Source: Basidiobolus ranarum
Lineage: Eukaryota
Reading direction: 5' to 3'
DNA: 39,943 nt
Assembly (NCBI GenBank): GCA_040143965.1
Contig: JASJQH010006915.1
Span: 1-39,943 of the forward strand
The notes beneath the pieces are model-generated. The model was given only the letters and a program-made list of their open reading frames with translations. It was not told the DNA's origin and searched no databases. Shown here in pieces: positions 21,987-34,705 of this stretch. The position numbers and the translations under genes are program-made. Position 1 is the stretch's first letter, and each line of letters opens with the position of its first letter.

Positions 21987-24920
21987 TTAGGACTCGGGAA
22001 ACCTGTAATTACGTAAAGAGTCTTCGAACATCTCTGTCCATTTCTCTAATATTTCCATTGAATTCGCCAATTCAGCTACAACCTCGTCATAGGTTACGAG
22101 GGATTCATAATTTAGAGGTCGGATTTCCGGACCTATCCGGAACTTGGAGGCATCTCCGATAGGTAAGGCGAGACTATTGGACAGCCTGTGGACGTTGGGG
22201 GTTGATGGAGACGGAGGCAAGAGCAGTGTAGGAGAGAATCCTTCGCCATTGGGGATCTAGAAGGAAAAGGGTAAGTACAGGTCATGCTCACTCATTCTGG
22301 CTAATCCACACACTGATTGGGTTGCACTGTACCTGAATGGGAACTAGCAGGGAGGATTTCTCCGAGGTAAGACTCTTGGTTCTTCGTCTCGCCGATAAAT
22401 CTGAATCGTTGGCGTGGGTGCTTTTGATTGCTTTGTTAAATTGATTGAGTTCACTTTCAGATCCATATCGTAAAGCTCTTATCGGTTCCGTCTGCTTATT
22501 GCCGAATAGCGCTTTCAAAGGTAGTCCATCATCTTCATGGTCCATCATGTTGAAGCTAGACATGACCCTGCGGGGTTGAGGTCGATTCTCTTGGTTGATA
22601 CGCAACAGCTTGGTGTCGGAGCTGTTTCCAACGTGATTTTTGTAAAGCTCCTTGTCTTTTCTTCTTGGTGGTTCTTTTTCTTGGATAGATCTTTGTTGCG
22701 CCGAATTTCGTTTCTCTACTAGCAAATCGATAGAATTCCGCTTTTCTTTGTCACGTGTGGATCTCAAGCCCATCGAAGGGTCTTGGAGATGTTGCGGTAT
22801 CTTCGTCTCCATATCTTTCACTAACTCACCTTCGGTGCTTTCCATTATGAGGGGTATGGGGTTTGTCATGTTGATGCTATGGAATTTGGATGCTTTTGAA
22901 GGTACTAGTAGATTGGTAGTGGGGCCGGACGGCTGATCAATCGAAGGGAAAGAGGGCAAGGAGGATGAGAAGTTCGATGGAAGATCATTCAACGTTCGAC
23001 TCATGCGAGCACGGTTGGGGCAAGGAACGCTGAAGTCGATGGTTATGGGGTCCTCGCTCATAGTTCTAGTGAGGACATCGCTTTTGCTATCTATAAGCGA
23101 GCTATTTAATCAACATATCAAATGCAACGTTGTAGAGGTGGAATATACCGATATTGGATAGGCATGGTATGGATTGATTGTCGTCTTTAGTCGAATCAAC
23201 ATCAGCAAAAAGGCGCGCAAGAGGATGAAGATCCGAATATGGATTTTGAGGCTTAGTCACTACAATGAAGACAAATCATAGCGACTGGATTACAAATTGA
23301 CCTAAGAAAGGACTCGAGATAAAGAATTCTGTACCTGTCTCACTAATCTGGTCAGAACCGTCTTTCTCTGGAGGAGCATCTAGACTGGTAGTTTGTGGCA
23401 ACTGCTAATAAACAGGATGAGCATTTAAGGTCAAGGAAAAGACGGCGCAAGACGCTTACATCAAAATTCCAAGCCTCCTCAGGACAGGGCTCTTGATACA
23501 CTGAACCGTCTGCAGTACTTGACAGCTCTTCGTCACTTAAACAAATCTAGAATATCAACAAAAGTACTCAACTTTAAGCCAATTCTGAATGGCCCTACCT
23601 AATTTCAAGTCTTTCTACTTCACTTGATTTCGTGGTTTCTTTATAGGCTTTCAGGCGGACAACCAACTCTTTCAGAATCTCTTCAGGATATTTAGAGGCG
23701 CTCTTGATGAACTTGGTCTTCATCAACTCGTCCGCCGACGGTCGCTAAAATATCAACATGTGTAAGAGCATGGAGACATAACTATGTCGATCGCTTCTGT
23801 CTTACGTCATTGGGGTCATTGGCTAGACATAATCGGATAAACTCTTTTAAAATAGAAGAGAAATTCCCCTCCAACTGTATAGGCTTGTTCCGAGGAATGA
23901 GGTAAAGTGCGCGCTTGGGGTTCTGATCGGCGTAAGGTGGATTCCCTGTAGCGATCTCAAACAAGGTAATTCCAAATGACCATATATCAGCCTGGATTGA
24001 GTGTTAGTATAGCTGGTTACAATTTTAAACGATCGATTCTCACCTTAAAGTCGTATTTCGATCCTTGTTGTATCACTTCTGGAGCCATCCAGTATCTATT
24101 TGGATGAGAATTAAGAATGCTAGTGAAGAGATGATGATTTGTGAAGAAGTCAGCAAAGGAAATCATAAACAAATGGATACGGGGTTCCGACGAAAGAATA
24201 TCTCTTGAAAGAATTGAGAGAAATCTGGCGAGCAACACCAAAATCGCAGAGTTGCACTCTTCCCTCCTCTGTCAGAAGTATATTTGCCGCTGTTGAATAA
24301 ATGCTCTTGTTAGAATCGAGAATATGGAGGTTGAAAGGAAGCTTCGGAACCTTTAATATCACGATGTATTATTCCGGTTTTATGAAGATAACTCAAAGCC
24401 ATCAACACCTCCTTTGCTATCAAAGCGATGTACTTCTCCTCTATTCTACTGAATTCCATCTATATGATTTATGTATGAATTTTCTGTCCCTGACATTGAA
24501 ATACATTCATTAACTCACGAAATCTCGGATAGATCCACCGGCAGCATAATCCATTATAATCCATAGTTTCGTGCCTTCCAAATAACTACCATGATATTTA
24601 GTGATATTTTGAGAGTCGCTGCGTTTGAGTTGTGATAAAAGATTAATTTCGCGTTGTATGTCCGTAACATCATCATCGCTGTCTAAATCCAAAATCTTTA
24701 TAGCAATCACTTTTCCAGTTTTGGCCTCGATGCTACACAATAATCAGATGAGCTACTAAGAAAACCTTGATGTTGTCACAAATCATGGATGAGTGTCAAA
24801 AAAGGGCCTTATTAATGACCAAACTAACCCTTTATATACTTTTCCATAAGCTCCTCTTCCGACTAGATTTTTCTTTACATATAATGTTGATACTTTCGGT
24901 TCAGTGGAAAAATTGTGCAT
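21987..24920 (-). CDS. STE20/GCK-family Ser/Thr kinase, Kic1/Nak1/Pod6-like; multi-exon
   Basis: [91 protein letters not shown], followed by a long disordered tail and a helical C-terminus. Confidence 0.88.
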
Positions 24921-25179
24921 CCTGACACTCCTTAGACAACTCGAAGGAAGCACTTCGGTACACGCATAAAGGAAGGATAGTGATTTCCGCTTGGTGAATG
25001 TTCATGTTAAGTGATGGAAGATTCGCCGATATTAATAGAGCTCCCCATTTTAGATCCCGCACCAATGCTAAATTGTTTAATTGGTGAATATGCTAATAAT
25101 ACTTATTCGGTCATTGCGATATATTTTCTAAATTTACTCTTTATCGCCTTGGCGAAACACTGAAACATAGCGCGAAACA

Positions 25180-27098
25180 CTAAACGGCTAGCCATGTTCT
25201 GGTAACAACAGCAGGACTATTTTTGTGACTGGATTTGAGACAAATGATCACTTTGATGCTGTTTATTAACACTAGTAGATGTTGGCATATATATTTCTTT
25301 ATCTTCATTTTTCTCACCAAATGGTTACTGAATAGCACACTTGACAACTCAGCATACCATGAAACGGTCATACTGCGAGGTTAAAGCGCTTAAGCCGGGC
25401 TTCTGGAGAATGACTTGGCGTACTTTATCATTCTCGATAAGCTGACTCAGATTTGGGAGCTCTGGATTCTCCGCTTGCCACAGATAAACACTACCTTTGT
25501 CTCCGAGGGCGGCAATCTGAGTCCCACCAACTGATACTCGAATGATTTTCTCAGGCAGATTCAGAGTAAGTTTGTTGAGTGTCTCTCCTCTTTTATTCGA
25601 TTTCAACCAAACACCTCCATCATCTTTAAAAGTAAAGAATTAGCATTATCTCTTCAAGCCTTGAACGGATGCAATGAACAAATCTTACCTAGCAAAAGTA
25701 GATCGAACCCACGGCCTGGGCAGATTTGTCTAATTCGTCGATGATCCCCTATTTCCTCAAACGAACTGATGGAGCTAACCGGACTATCGGCAAACAAACG
25801 GTCATTGGTTGTGACATCGTGATATGTTGGGTAATATGGCTTTTCATACACCTTGGCGTCAACTTGATCTTGGGATTGACCAAAGGAAAGAACTGTGAAC
25901 TTCCCATTATCTAGACTCGTACCGTAGGCGGTGAAGTGAGTGGGTGAACATACTATTTGTTCTACAGAAGTTCCAAGCAATCCCTCTACAAGAATAGGAT
26001 TTAATGCTTTCTGAATTTGGGAATCTTGGCAAGGAGGGTATCCCCAAATATACACTTCCTGAAGATCCTGTGTGGAGTCTTTGGGTTTCGCAATGACAAT
26101 TGAATAGTCGCTGATCGTAAATTGCTCCATTAATAAGAGTCTTGCACAAGAGTAAACAATCCTAAGCTTACCCAGCTGCATAAACTGATTCTGGCTGTCT
26201 CTCTATCTCATCGAAGAAAGTTACCACTCCAGGATTGGTGTCGTAAATCTCAGTCCCGCGACCTAAAATACCAGCACCCCTATTCAATATTCAGTTAAGA
26301 CTAAGCTTATCAACCACCGCACATAGAAATATAAAAGCACTACCAAGTCCAGAGTTTACCCTCATCGGAAAGTGCTAAATTATGGAAATTCCCACATGCA
26401 ACGGCTTGGAAGTTATCATCGGCTAAACAAGGAATCATGAAGGGGCTATTGACTTGATCGTCTGAATCGTCATCAATCAGGGCAAAGACTTGATGGGTGG
26501 GACCGACCTGTATATCAACATTATTAAGCTAAGCTTCGCCATTACCGTGAATCCACTAAATATCAAAAACCTACCTGTCCATAATCGTTGGTACCCCTAT
26601 AGGATGTAAAAGGGAGATTAACAAACCTTCACATGAAAAATTGGCTCTATGATATTAATGCCTACCAAGAAAACACTTTTTTTGATATAAGAGCAGTGTT
26701 GTGGTTAACCTGTGCGAGGCATGAATCTGGTGTCAGCAACATTTACTGAGATAAAAATATTGGAGAACACCTACTCCACACGCAAAATTGTCAACTCTGT
26801 GTCCATTCAATGCAGGAATTAAGACAGGCTTAGGGAAATCTTCACCCAAAACTCGAGTGTGAGTCCCATCCCAACAAAACGTCCGTGGTTTAGAATCCTC
26901 CCAACTCAGTTTATAAGAGTCGGTTGAGTTTGCTTTATCCAACTCTTTGTTACTACTACCAAAACCAAAAAAATTGAAGAAAAGTCGTTTTTGAGTAAGA
27001 CTGGTTCTCAACAGGGTTGAACTACGATTACTATTGAAACGATTTAGGCTACGAGCTGCCACTCCTCGGGTCACTTTGAACGCCTCAACTGCCAACAT
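25180..27098 (-). CDS. RCC1-repeat beta-propeller protein with mitochondrial presequence; multi-exon, 3' end uncertain
   Basis: Arg/Ser-rich N-terminus; FACG|VNHNTAL, VFSW|GTNDYGQ|VG, VACGNFHNLALSDEGKLWTW, VYIWG, VSVGGTQIAALGDKGSVYLW. Confidence 0.75.
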
Positions 27099-27326
27099 AA
27101 TGTTGAAAGTACTATATCAGTCAATTTTATGGATGTATTGTCGTGGTATAAGAAATTTTCAATCCAGCTTACAATGTGATTTTTGTATAATTTTTGTATA
27201 ATTTTCCGAGCATTCATTATCGTGAAGTGGAGATTCTTTAATCAATTTACTTGAACTGCAGTTTTGAAGATATTTCATTAGCATAAAGCAGTTGGGAAAT
27301 CATATAAAGCCTTACAATTGATATAT

Positions 27327-28544
27327 ATGTATTTAAGCCGTGTCCCACAGTTAAGAAGAGCTTGGCTTGGTAATGGAGTCTCACTACGACATTCTACTCC
27401 TCTTAAAGATACCTTTGTTCGTCTAAATACACAAAACCAAACTACTCGACTGTTATTGACTAGAGGATTTCATAGTACTGGAAGCATTTCCACTGAAACA
27501 GTTGTCGATTCTTTTACCCAGGATAACAATGCTGTGAATAACGATTTGGCCGATTCTTTGGAGGTTTCGGCTCTTGCATCTCAAGATTCTACTCCCTTTT
27601 TTATAGAAATCACCAAAACCCTCTTCGAAACTGTTCACCAAGGGACTGCTCTCCCTTGGTGGGCTACCATTATCGGCACTACTTTTTTACTTCGGTCAGT
27701 AGCCACTTTTCCTATAGCCTTGTATCAACAACGCTCCATTGGAAGAATGCTAGCCCTACGACCGGTGGTATTATCTTGGGGTGAGACATTAAAGCAACAA
27801 ATAGCGAAAGATTCTTCCAAGAAAAGATTCTCTTATGAAGAATACAACAGTGAGCTTCAAAAACAAGTATATTTTCACCCTTACCTATGGTTTTTTTAAC
27901 CTCACTAATGATTATCAGTATAGGGATAAGGTTAAGGCACTTTATCGACAACACAAATGTCAACCTATTGTGAGTTTCCTTCTACCGTGGGTACAGATGC
28001 CTCTCTTCATTACCCTTTCGTTTACTTTAAGGGATATGAGTGGATATCCTATTCCTTGGCTAGGAATGAGCGGTTCCAATCCAGTCAGTGATTTTGACAC
28101 CGGAGGTTTGTTGTGGTTCACTGATTTAACTAGTGTTGATCCCACATGGACTTTCCCACTTGCCATCGGATTAACTCACTTGGCTAATACTGAGGTAAGA
28201 GAACTTTTTGGATGGTTGATCCTCAAGAATTTCATCTAATCCATTTTGAAACATAGTTGAATGCTTACTTCATGAAACAAGCCCCCACACTAAAGCAAAA
28301 AGTAATTCAAAACGTATTTCGAGGAATCTCAGTATTCATGATCCCAGTAGCTTCACAAGTGCCAATGGTAAGGAGATTTCCTACTTCTTCGTTGGAATAA
28401 CTTTAAGTTTAACCATTTTATCAGGGTATCTGTTTGTACTGGCTTTCTTCTAGTACATATTCTCTACTTCAAAACATCGCATTTAAAGTCCCAGCCATCA
28501 AAACCAAACTGAACATTCAACATCCAGAGCCAAAGAAATTTTAG
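27327..28544 (+). CDS. COX18: Oxa1/YidC-family mitochondrial insertase, Cox18 type; exons 27327-27866, 27919-28194, 28257-28367, 28425-28544
   Basis: LPWWATIIGTTFLLRS, LPWVQMPLFITLSFTLR, GGLLWFTDLTSVDP, VPM|GICLYWLSSSTYSLLQN. It lacks the long C-terminal ribosome-binding tail of Oxa1. Confidence 0.85.
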
Positions 28545-28759
28545 AAAGTCTACTTTAATGACTATGAGGTGATGATGCTCTAGTGTAAAATCAATAGAAA
28601 CATACTAGGTAACATCAATAAAGAGTAATTAAATCCAGGTTAGGTTATGTATACATAGACATGCTGTTACGGAAGGTATCGGAAAGGTGAGAGTCTATAA
28701 AGGTAAATGATTTCTCCTGTAGTGTACAGTTATCCGTGGCCAAAGTATGAGACAGCTTC

Positions 28760-29420
28760 TTATTCGGTCATATTATCATCGTCACTATCCTCTTTAACAG
28801 TTTCGTCAAGCATCATGATGGCCGATTTTGGAATGGCTTCTAAGTTATCTTTGGGGTTAATGATGATACTCTCTTCACTATCTTCATTTTTTTCTTCGAA
28901 AACTCCTAAACCAAGATTCTGAAAACAATTCCTTGTTTAGTTTCACTTTGTTGGAGTTACAGAGATTTATCTTAAAAATATATACCATTTCGATGTAACC
29001 TTCTTCATCATCAACATTTTCAATGTCAACACTAGAAGGATCTTGCTCTATTTGTGTTTGAAGTTTTTGGTTAGCCTCGGCGATTTGAGGAAGGAAGTCT
29101 TGAAGACGTGAGAGCACTACATGATAAAAATATTTAGCTCAAAAGGGAATAGAATATATATAATGAAAAGTACTACTTACAGCTACTAGGTGGGCTCATT
29201 TTAAAGGTTTTTTTCTCAACTTCTGGGACTACTTCAGGTGTAGCATCAAGAGCTCCGATAGGGGGAAGTTCTGGTTGAGTAACTAAAAGTTTGGAAGCTA
29301 TACTGTAAAAGTAAGTACAAAAAGCAAAGCATTCACATGGGTGTATTTGTACATACCAAGGAATTGCTTTTCGGGGTCTACTTCCAGTAACTCTGAGGAA
29401 TGGGATTTGTTTGAAGACAT
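28760..29420 (-). CDS. NOPCHAP1/C12orf45-like box C/D snoRNP assembly chaperone; multi-exon
   Basis: Spliced: MSSNKSHSSELLEV...SKLLVTQP...LSRLQDFLPQIAEANQKL...DIENVDDEEGYIEM|NLGLGVFE plus an acidic tail, resembling the family core 'FLPQ(M/I)A.AN.KL...IEN.D...I.M'. Confidence 0.75.
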
Positions 29421-29695
29421 TGGAAGCTTTGTTTATCTCTATGTCTCTAGTCAATAGTGGTAATAAGGTTGATTCAGATAAAATTCGAACAATTTATCGT
29501 TTTCTAAGTTATCTTTTTTATTTCTCAAAATATATTCATTAGTGACTGGAAAACGGATTTTCATGGTCTCAGAAAAAGAAAAAAAAAGACCTAAATTCCC
29601 GGTCCTGCTGGTATGTGATCCTAGTGATTTTACAATCTCCATAATTATATTGTTTCTTTACTTTTTTTTACTTCATTCTTTAACAGTCGTCATAA

Positions 29696-30649
29696 ATGGT
29701 AAAAGAGGTGGAGCCTTCAATTAACGAACGTAATTTCGTTCTTCAGGCTTTAAGGGAAGGACATCGGATTGATGGTCGCGGTCCATATGATTTTCGTAGT
29801 TTAAAAATTTCTCTTGGCCCTGAGCTTGGACAAGCAGAAATCCAGCTTGGGAGAACAAGGTACCTTTATTGAATGGAATCAAGGGCGATTCTTTTGTTTC
29901 GTATTATTTACGCGTATATTCTTCAGAGTTTTAGCTAAAGTATCCTGTGAGGTTACTCGTCCATACCCCGATAAGCCCACAGAAGGTTTCTTAATCTTCA
30001 ATACTGAGCTCTCTCCATTAGCTTCACCTGCCTTTGAAATCGGAAGGTAATTTGATCGTTTCTTTCTATAACTTCGGAAATAATACTTATACTAAAATCG
30101 AACAATTACAATAGACCTTCAGAAGAAGAAATATTAATAAGTCGAATCATCGAGAAAGCTCTTCGTCGAAGCAGAGCCATCGATACCGAAGGTTTATGTA
30201 TAGTAGCTGGAGAGAAAGTATGGTCGATTCGTGTTGATATTCACTTCCTTGATCACGAAGGAAATCTGATTGATTGTGCCTGTATTGCAGCAATTTCAGC
30301 ACTTTTACATTTCCGCAGACCCGATGTAACTGTATCTGGTGAAGAAGTTACAATTCATCCAGTCGAAGAGCGTAACCCGGTACCACTCAGCATACATCAT
30401 ATACCTATTTGTGTTACATTCTCTTTCTTCGATAATGGTGAGCTGTTGGTGGTGGATGCTAACTTATTAGAGGAACAACTTCGTACCGGAGATATGACCA
30501 TTGCAATGAATTCACATCGCGAAATCTGTACTTTGTCGAAAGCCGGTGGAATACCACTTGATATCGAGCAAGTATTTCGCTGCTCTAAGATAGCCGCCGT
30601 CAAGGTTCAAGAAATTACCGAACAAATTCAAAATGCCCTTAAATCATGA
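29696..30649 (+). CDS. RRP45: Exosome RNase PH-like subunit Rrp45/EXOSC9; exons 29696-29859, 29927-30046, 30115-30649
   Basis: NERNFVLQAL..G.RIDGR, TR|VLAKVSCEV..PYPDKPTEG, ELSPLASPAFE, SRAIDTEGLCIVAGEKVWSIRVD, ALLHFRRPDVTV, PVPLSIHHIP. Confidence 0.95.
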
Positions 30650-31060
30650 TCTTTCCACTTGTGTACCTTTTCAACGATGTGATATTTCTTCAAAGTATAA
30701 TGAACATGTTAATAAATTAGACATTATTCGGGAATCTACTGCTTTTTTGCACTAGTTAGAAAATAGAGATCCACCATCTTGCCAGCGTATCTCTTATAAT
30801 GAGTTGCCTTATTTTTGAAGATTGTATGCTCCCTTTGGTCGTAGTTTTACCAATTCAAGGGTTAGGGTTTATGCACAAGACAGGTTGATAAAGTGTTGGA
30901 ATTTCTTGACAGATCAAACATAGTAATCATGAAAGATAATGGTATTTTGAATTCACGTGATACGAGATAGGTTCTCATTTGTTTTGTAGCTTGACTTGGG
31001 CTTGACGAACTATATTTAGTGAAAAGCAGGACGTCTTAACGCGTCAACAAGCTAGTAGCC

Positions 31061-34000
31061 ATGGTCTCACCTAATTTGGCTACAACCATTTACACTCTAG
31101 ACGAAAGTGATTATCCACCGCCCTTATCACCTGCTAAAGACTACCAAAAGACTTTCTTGTCTTCTAATACTCCTCTCGTGATCGACAATGGTATTTTTAT
31201 GGAATTATTTATCAAATGAACTATTAACTTCCAATGGTTACGCTATATTGGTTATTTATACATACGGTTTTCTGAGATCAAATCTTCCTTAATTAATAGG
31301 TTCCTGGTATTGTCGTGCAGGTTGGGCTTCGGAAGCAATGCCTAGACGTAAGTTATAACTTGTCTTGGGAGACCCAACGATTTTATCACTCTTGCTAACT
31401 CACACTTGATATAGTAAATTTCGAGAATATGATTGGAAAATATCGAGACCGCAAAACGTCAGCAGGAAATGTGATAGTTGTAGGAAACGATATAAATCAT
31501 GATCCTCTGGCAAAATCAAATACTCGTTCGGCCTTTGATAATGGTATTGTCTATAATACAGATACTATGGTATGTTTTTACCATAAGGGAGTTGTGCGTT
31601 AGGTGATGGACTGAGGGAAGCTTTATATTAACTTGATAATTTCAAAGGAACATATCTTAGATTACACTTTTCTTCAACTTGGAATTGATACTGACAGAAT
31701 TCGCCATCCTATTCTGATGACCGAGGCTCCCTGCATACCCCATTATAATAGAAAGAGTAAGGGCATCAGTAAATGCATCACATCTCTGAGGAATAGGATA
31801 CTAAACGTTGATTTATCGAATTCTAGTTATGACTGAACTCCTGTTCGAGGCTTACTCAGTCCCCTCTGTCGCATACGGTATCGACTCTTTGTTCAGTTAT
31901 TACGGGAACGGTCATTCGTTTGATGACGGTGGTCTCATCATCTCTTCTGGAAACACCTCTTCTCATGTTATGCCTGTCGTTGGAGGACGTGGAGTACTAG
32001 AACACACGAAAAGGTATGAAACCTCGAAGCCCGATCCTTCCCTCGTATATCCTCACTTACCTCCACCTTTTTAGAATCAATTATGGAGGTGTCGGTGCCA
32101 CAGATTATATGTTAAAGCTGATGCAACTCAAGTACCCAACATTCCCATCCAAAATGACTCACACTCAAGCACAGGTATAGACATCAACAATTCAATCGTA
32201 GATATCATTTTATTCACATCATTTCGAAGCAACTTGTCCATGGTCATACGTATTTCTCACAAGACTACTTGGAAGAACTCCGTCAGTATGAAGATCCACA
32301 ATACCTTGAGAAAAAGGATCACATCATTCAGTTCCCTTTCACCCAACCGGTAAAATGAATGCTACATTGTGTTAACTCGATTCTGACTAGCATTCACACA
32401 TCAGTTATGTTATAAGGTTATCGAGGAAAAATCCGAGGAAGAGCAAGCACGTATAGCTGCTAAAAGAAAGGAGCAGGCTAAGCGCCTTCAGGAGCAAGCT
32501 GCTAAAACTCGCTTAGAAAAGGTAACTAATTTTGAGAACAGTTGGGTTATTTCATTCTATTAATTGATTCAAATCAATCCAGTTGATCGAGAAGGAGCAA
32601 AATCTTAAAATTTACAAGAATCTCAAGGAAACTAAGGGATCCATGCTTAAGAGTGACTTCCTGGTTAGAGTTCCATCGATATTATCGGCCACTCTCCGCC
32701 TACTAACCCAAGATTTTATGTGTGTACTAGGACAAGCTTGAAGATTTAGGATTCGAGGCAGAGTCTGAGCTTGATGAAGCTATCAAGAAAACTGAGACCG
32801 CTATTAAAAGAGCTAGAAATAAAGAGTTGGGAATTGTCGAAGAGGAAGAAAAGGTTGGGGCAGATAATGTGTTATCTCTTGCTTGGTATACCTGTAATAA
32901 TCTATTGGCATTAGGAAAAGCCCAATTTCTCTTTAGTTGACATACCGGATGAACAGTTATCAGAGGCTGACCGAAAGGAAAAAAGAAAACAGAGGCTTCT
33001 CAAGGCTGGTTATGATGCGCGAGAAAGAGCTCGTGTAGCTAAAGAAGAAGAGAAGGCTCGACTGGTAATATAGATTGATGTAAATGAATACCAAAGCCAT
33101 GATAATTAATTATCCTTGCTTGTTTAGGAAGAAGAAATGAAGCAAGATGAAGAGCGTAGACTTGAAAACCCTGAGAAATGGCTTGAAGAGTTGCATGCCA
33201 AAAGAACGGTTTGTTGCCATATATTTGATGCTCCTGGAATACTGTATTCAAGTTCTATATTCCTCAGAGTTTGCTAGAAAAAGTGAAATCCAGACAGCGC
33301 CGTAAAGAGCAACTTTCAGATCGAAGAAGTCATGCTTCCCAATTGAGAATGAAGTCGATTGCTAATCTGGTCAGTGAATCTAATGTCACCCCACGTAGAA
33401 GGAAGAGAGGGGATACAGGTTTGTTGCTTCGGACTTGAGTCATTCGAATACTAACATTAATACGAAACCTTGCATTCCTTTAGATGATACCTTTGGTGCA
33501 GATGACGATGATTGGGCTGTATACCGACAAATTGTAGGCTAGATTTTGCACAACATTTTCCCCATCAGAGGCTAAACGAATTTTTATAGAGTAAAGACGA
33601 TGACTCCGAAGCCGAAGAAGAGGATATGTCATTGTTAGAACAATATGAAGCGACACTTCTCAAATACGATGAGAAATTTCTACCCGATGATATTTTGGAG
33701 GCGCAAAACTCCTGGCAGAACTCTATACTACATCGATTTTATTACGGTTTTCAACCTCTAGGAGTTGATGATATGGCGCAACAATATCAACTGCACTTGA
33801 ATGTAGAAAGAATTCGAGTACCAGAGGTTCTGTTCCAGCCTACTATTGTTGGATTAGATCAGGCCGGTCTCATTGAAACCATCAATGATACCCTTCACAG
33901 ATTTAATCCGGACCAAAGGAGTAATATGGTCAAGGTAAATACTCATCTTCAAGTCGTTGCTGAGTCTCAAGTTCTAATTGGCGTTTTTCAATCGAATAGA

Positions 34001-34278
34001 ATGTTTTCTTGACCGGAGGATACACGTTAACTCCCAATCTACGTTCACGCCTTCAGGGATCGATGCAAACGATACTTCCAGCTGGTTCACCATTCAATAT
34101 CACCTGTGCCCAAGATCCCTTATTGGATGCTTGGAAAGGTGCTGGTAAATGGGCAAGTCAGAGCACCGAAGAGTTTACTCGTGTTTCAGTTACTCAAAAA
34201 GAATATGAAGAGATGGGTGGCGATTATATCAAAGAGCATCGCATGGGAAATGTATTTAGAAACTTGAATTGCTTCTAA
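31061..34278 (+). CDS. ARP5: Actin-related protein 5 (INO80 complex), about 15 introns
   Basis: PLVIDNG|SWYCRAGW, HPILMTEAP, ELLFEAYSVPSVAYGIDSLFS, LMQLKYP, RRSHASQLRMKSIA, DDTFGADDDDWAVY, HLNVERIRVPEVLFQP, DPLLDAWKGA, YEEMGGDYIKEH. Confidence 0.95.
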
Positions 34279-34705
34279 TGTAAAGTTCTATCTAGAGATC
34301 GGATACACTCACGAGGCTTGTTTCTCGTAGTGTCTGTTTCTCTACTCATCACTTACTTTCAGTTAGCCTTTCTTCTATTCCAATCTGTACATTTTTCTTA
34401 ATAGATCGTTCAACAAAATAAAATTACTGGTGCCCTTACAGCAGCGACATAATCTGAATGATGTCCAAGTGCAGTAATTGTAGTATTGCAATAATCTCCT
34501 CTCTTCTCCAATCTACATCTATATAGCATTCATTTCCATTCTTATTGAACTTGAGATGTGATAAAAAGGAGTTTAAAACGAGAATCAAATTAGTGTGTAA
34601 ATGGTAAATCCAAGTGATCATGTGACCTTCGAGAAATGTTTATTTTTGACAGGAAATAAAATTATTCAACGTCTACAATAATGGAATAATTTACGAGTCA
34701 AAGTA

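Noticed and set aside
31191-31299. U12-like branch TTCCTTAAT in ARP5 intron 1
   Set aside because: Donor is GTATTTTT, not RTATCC, and the motif is too close to the AG.
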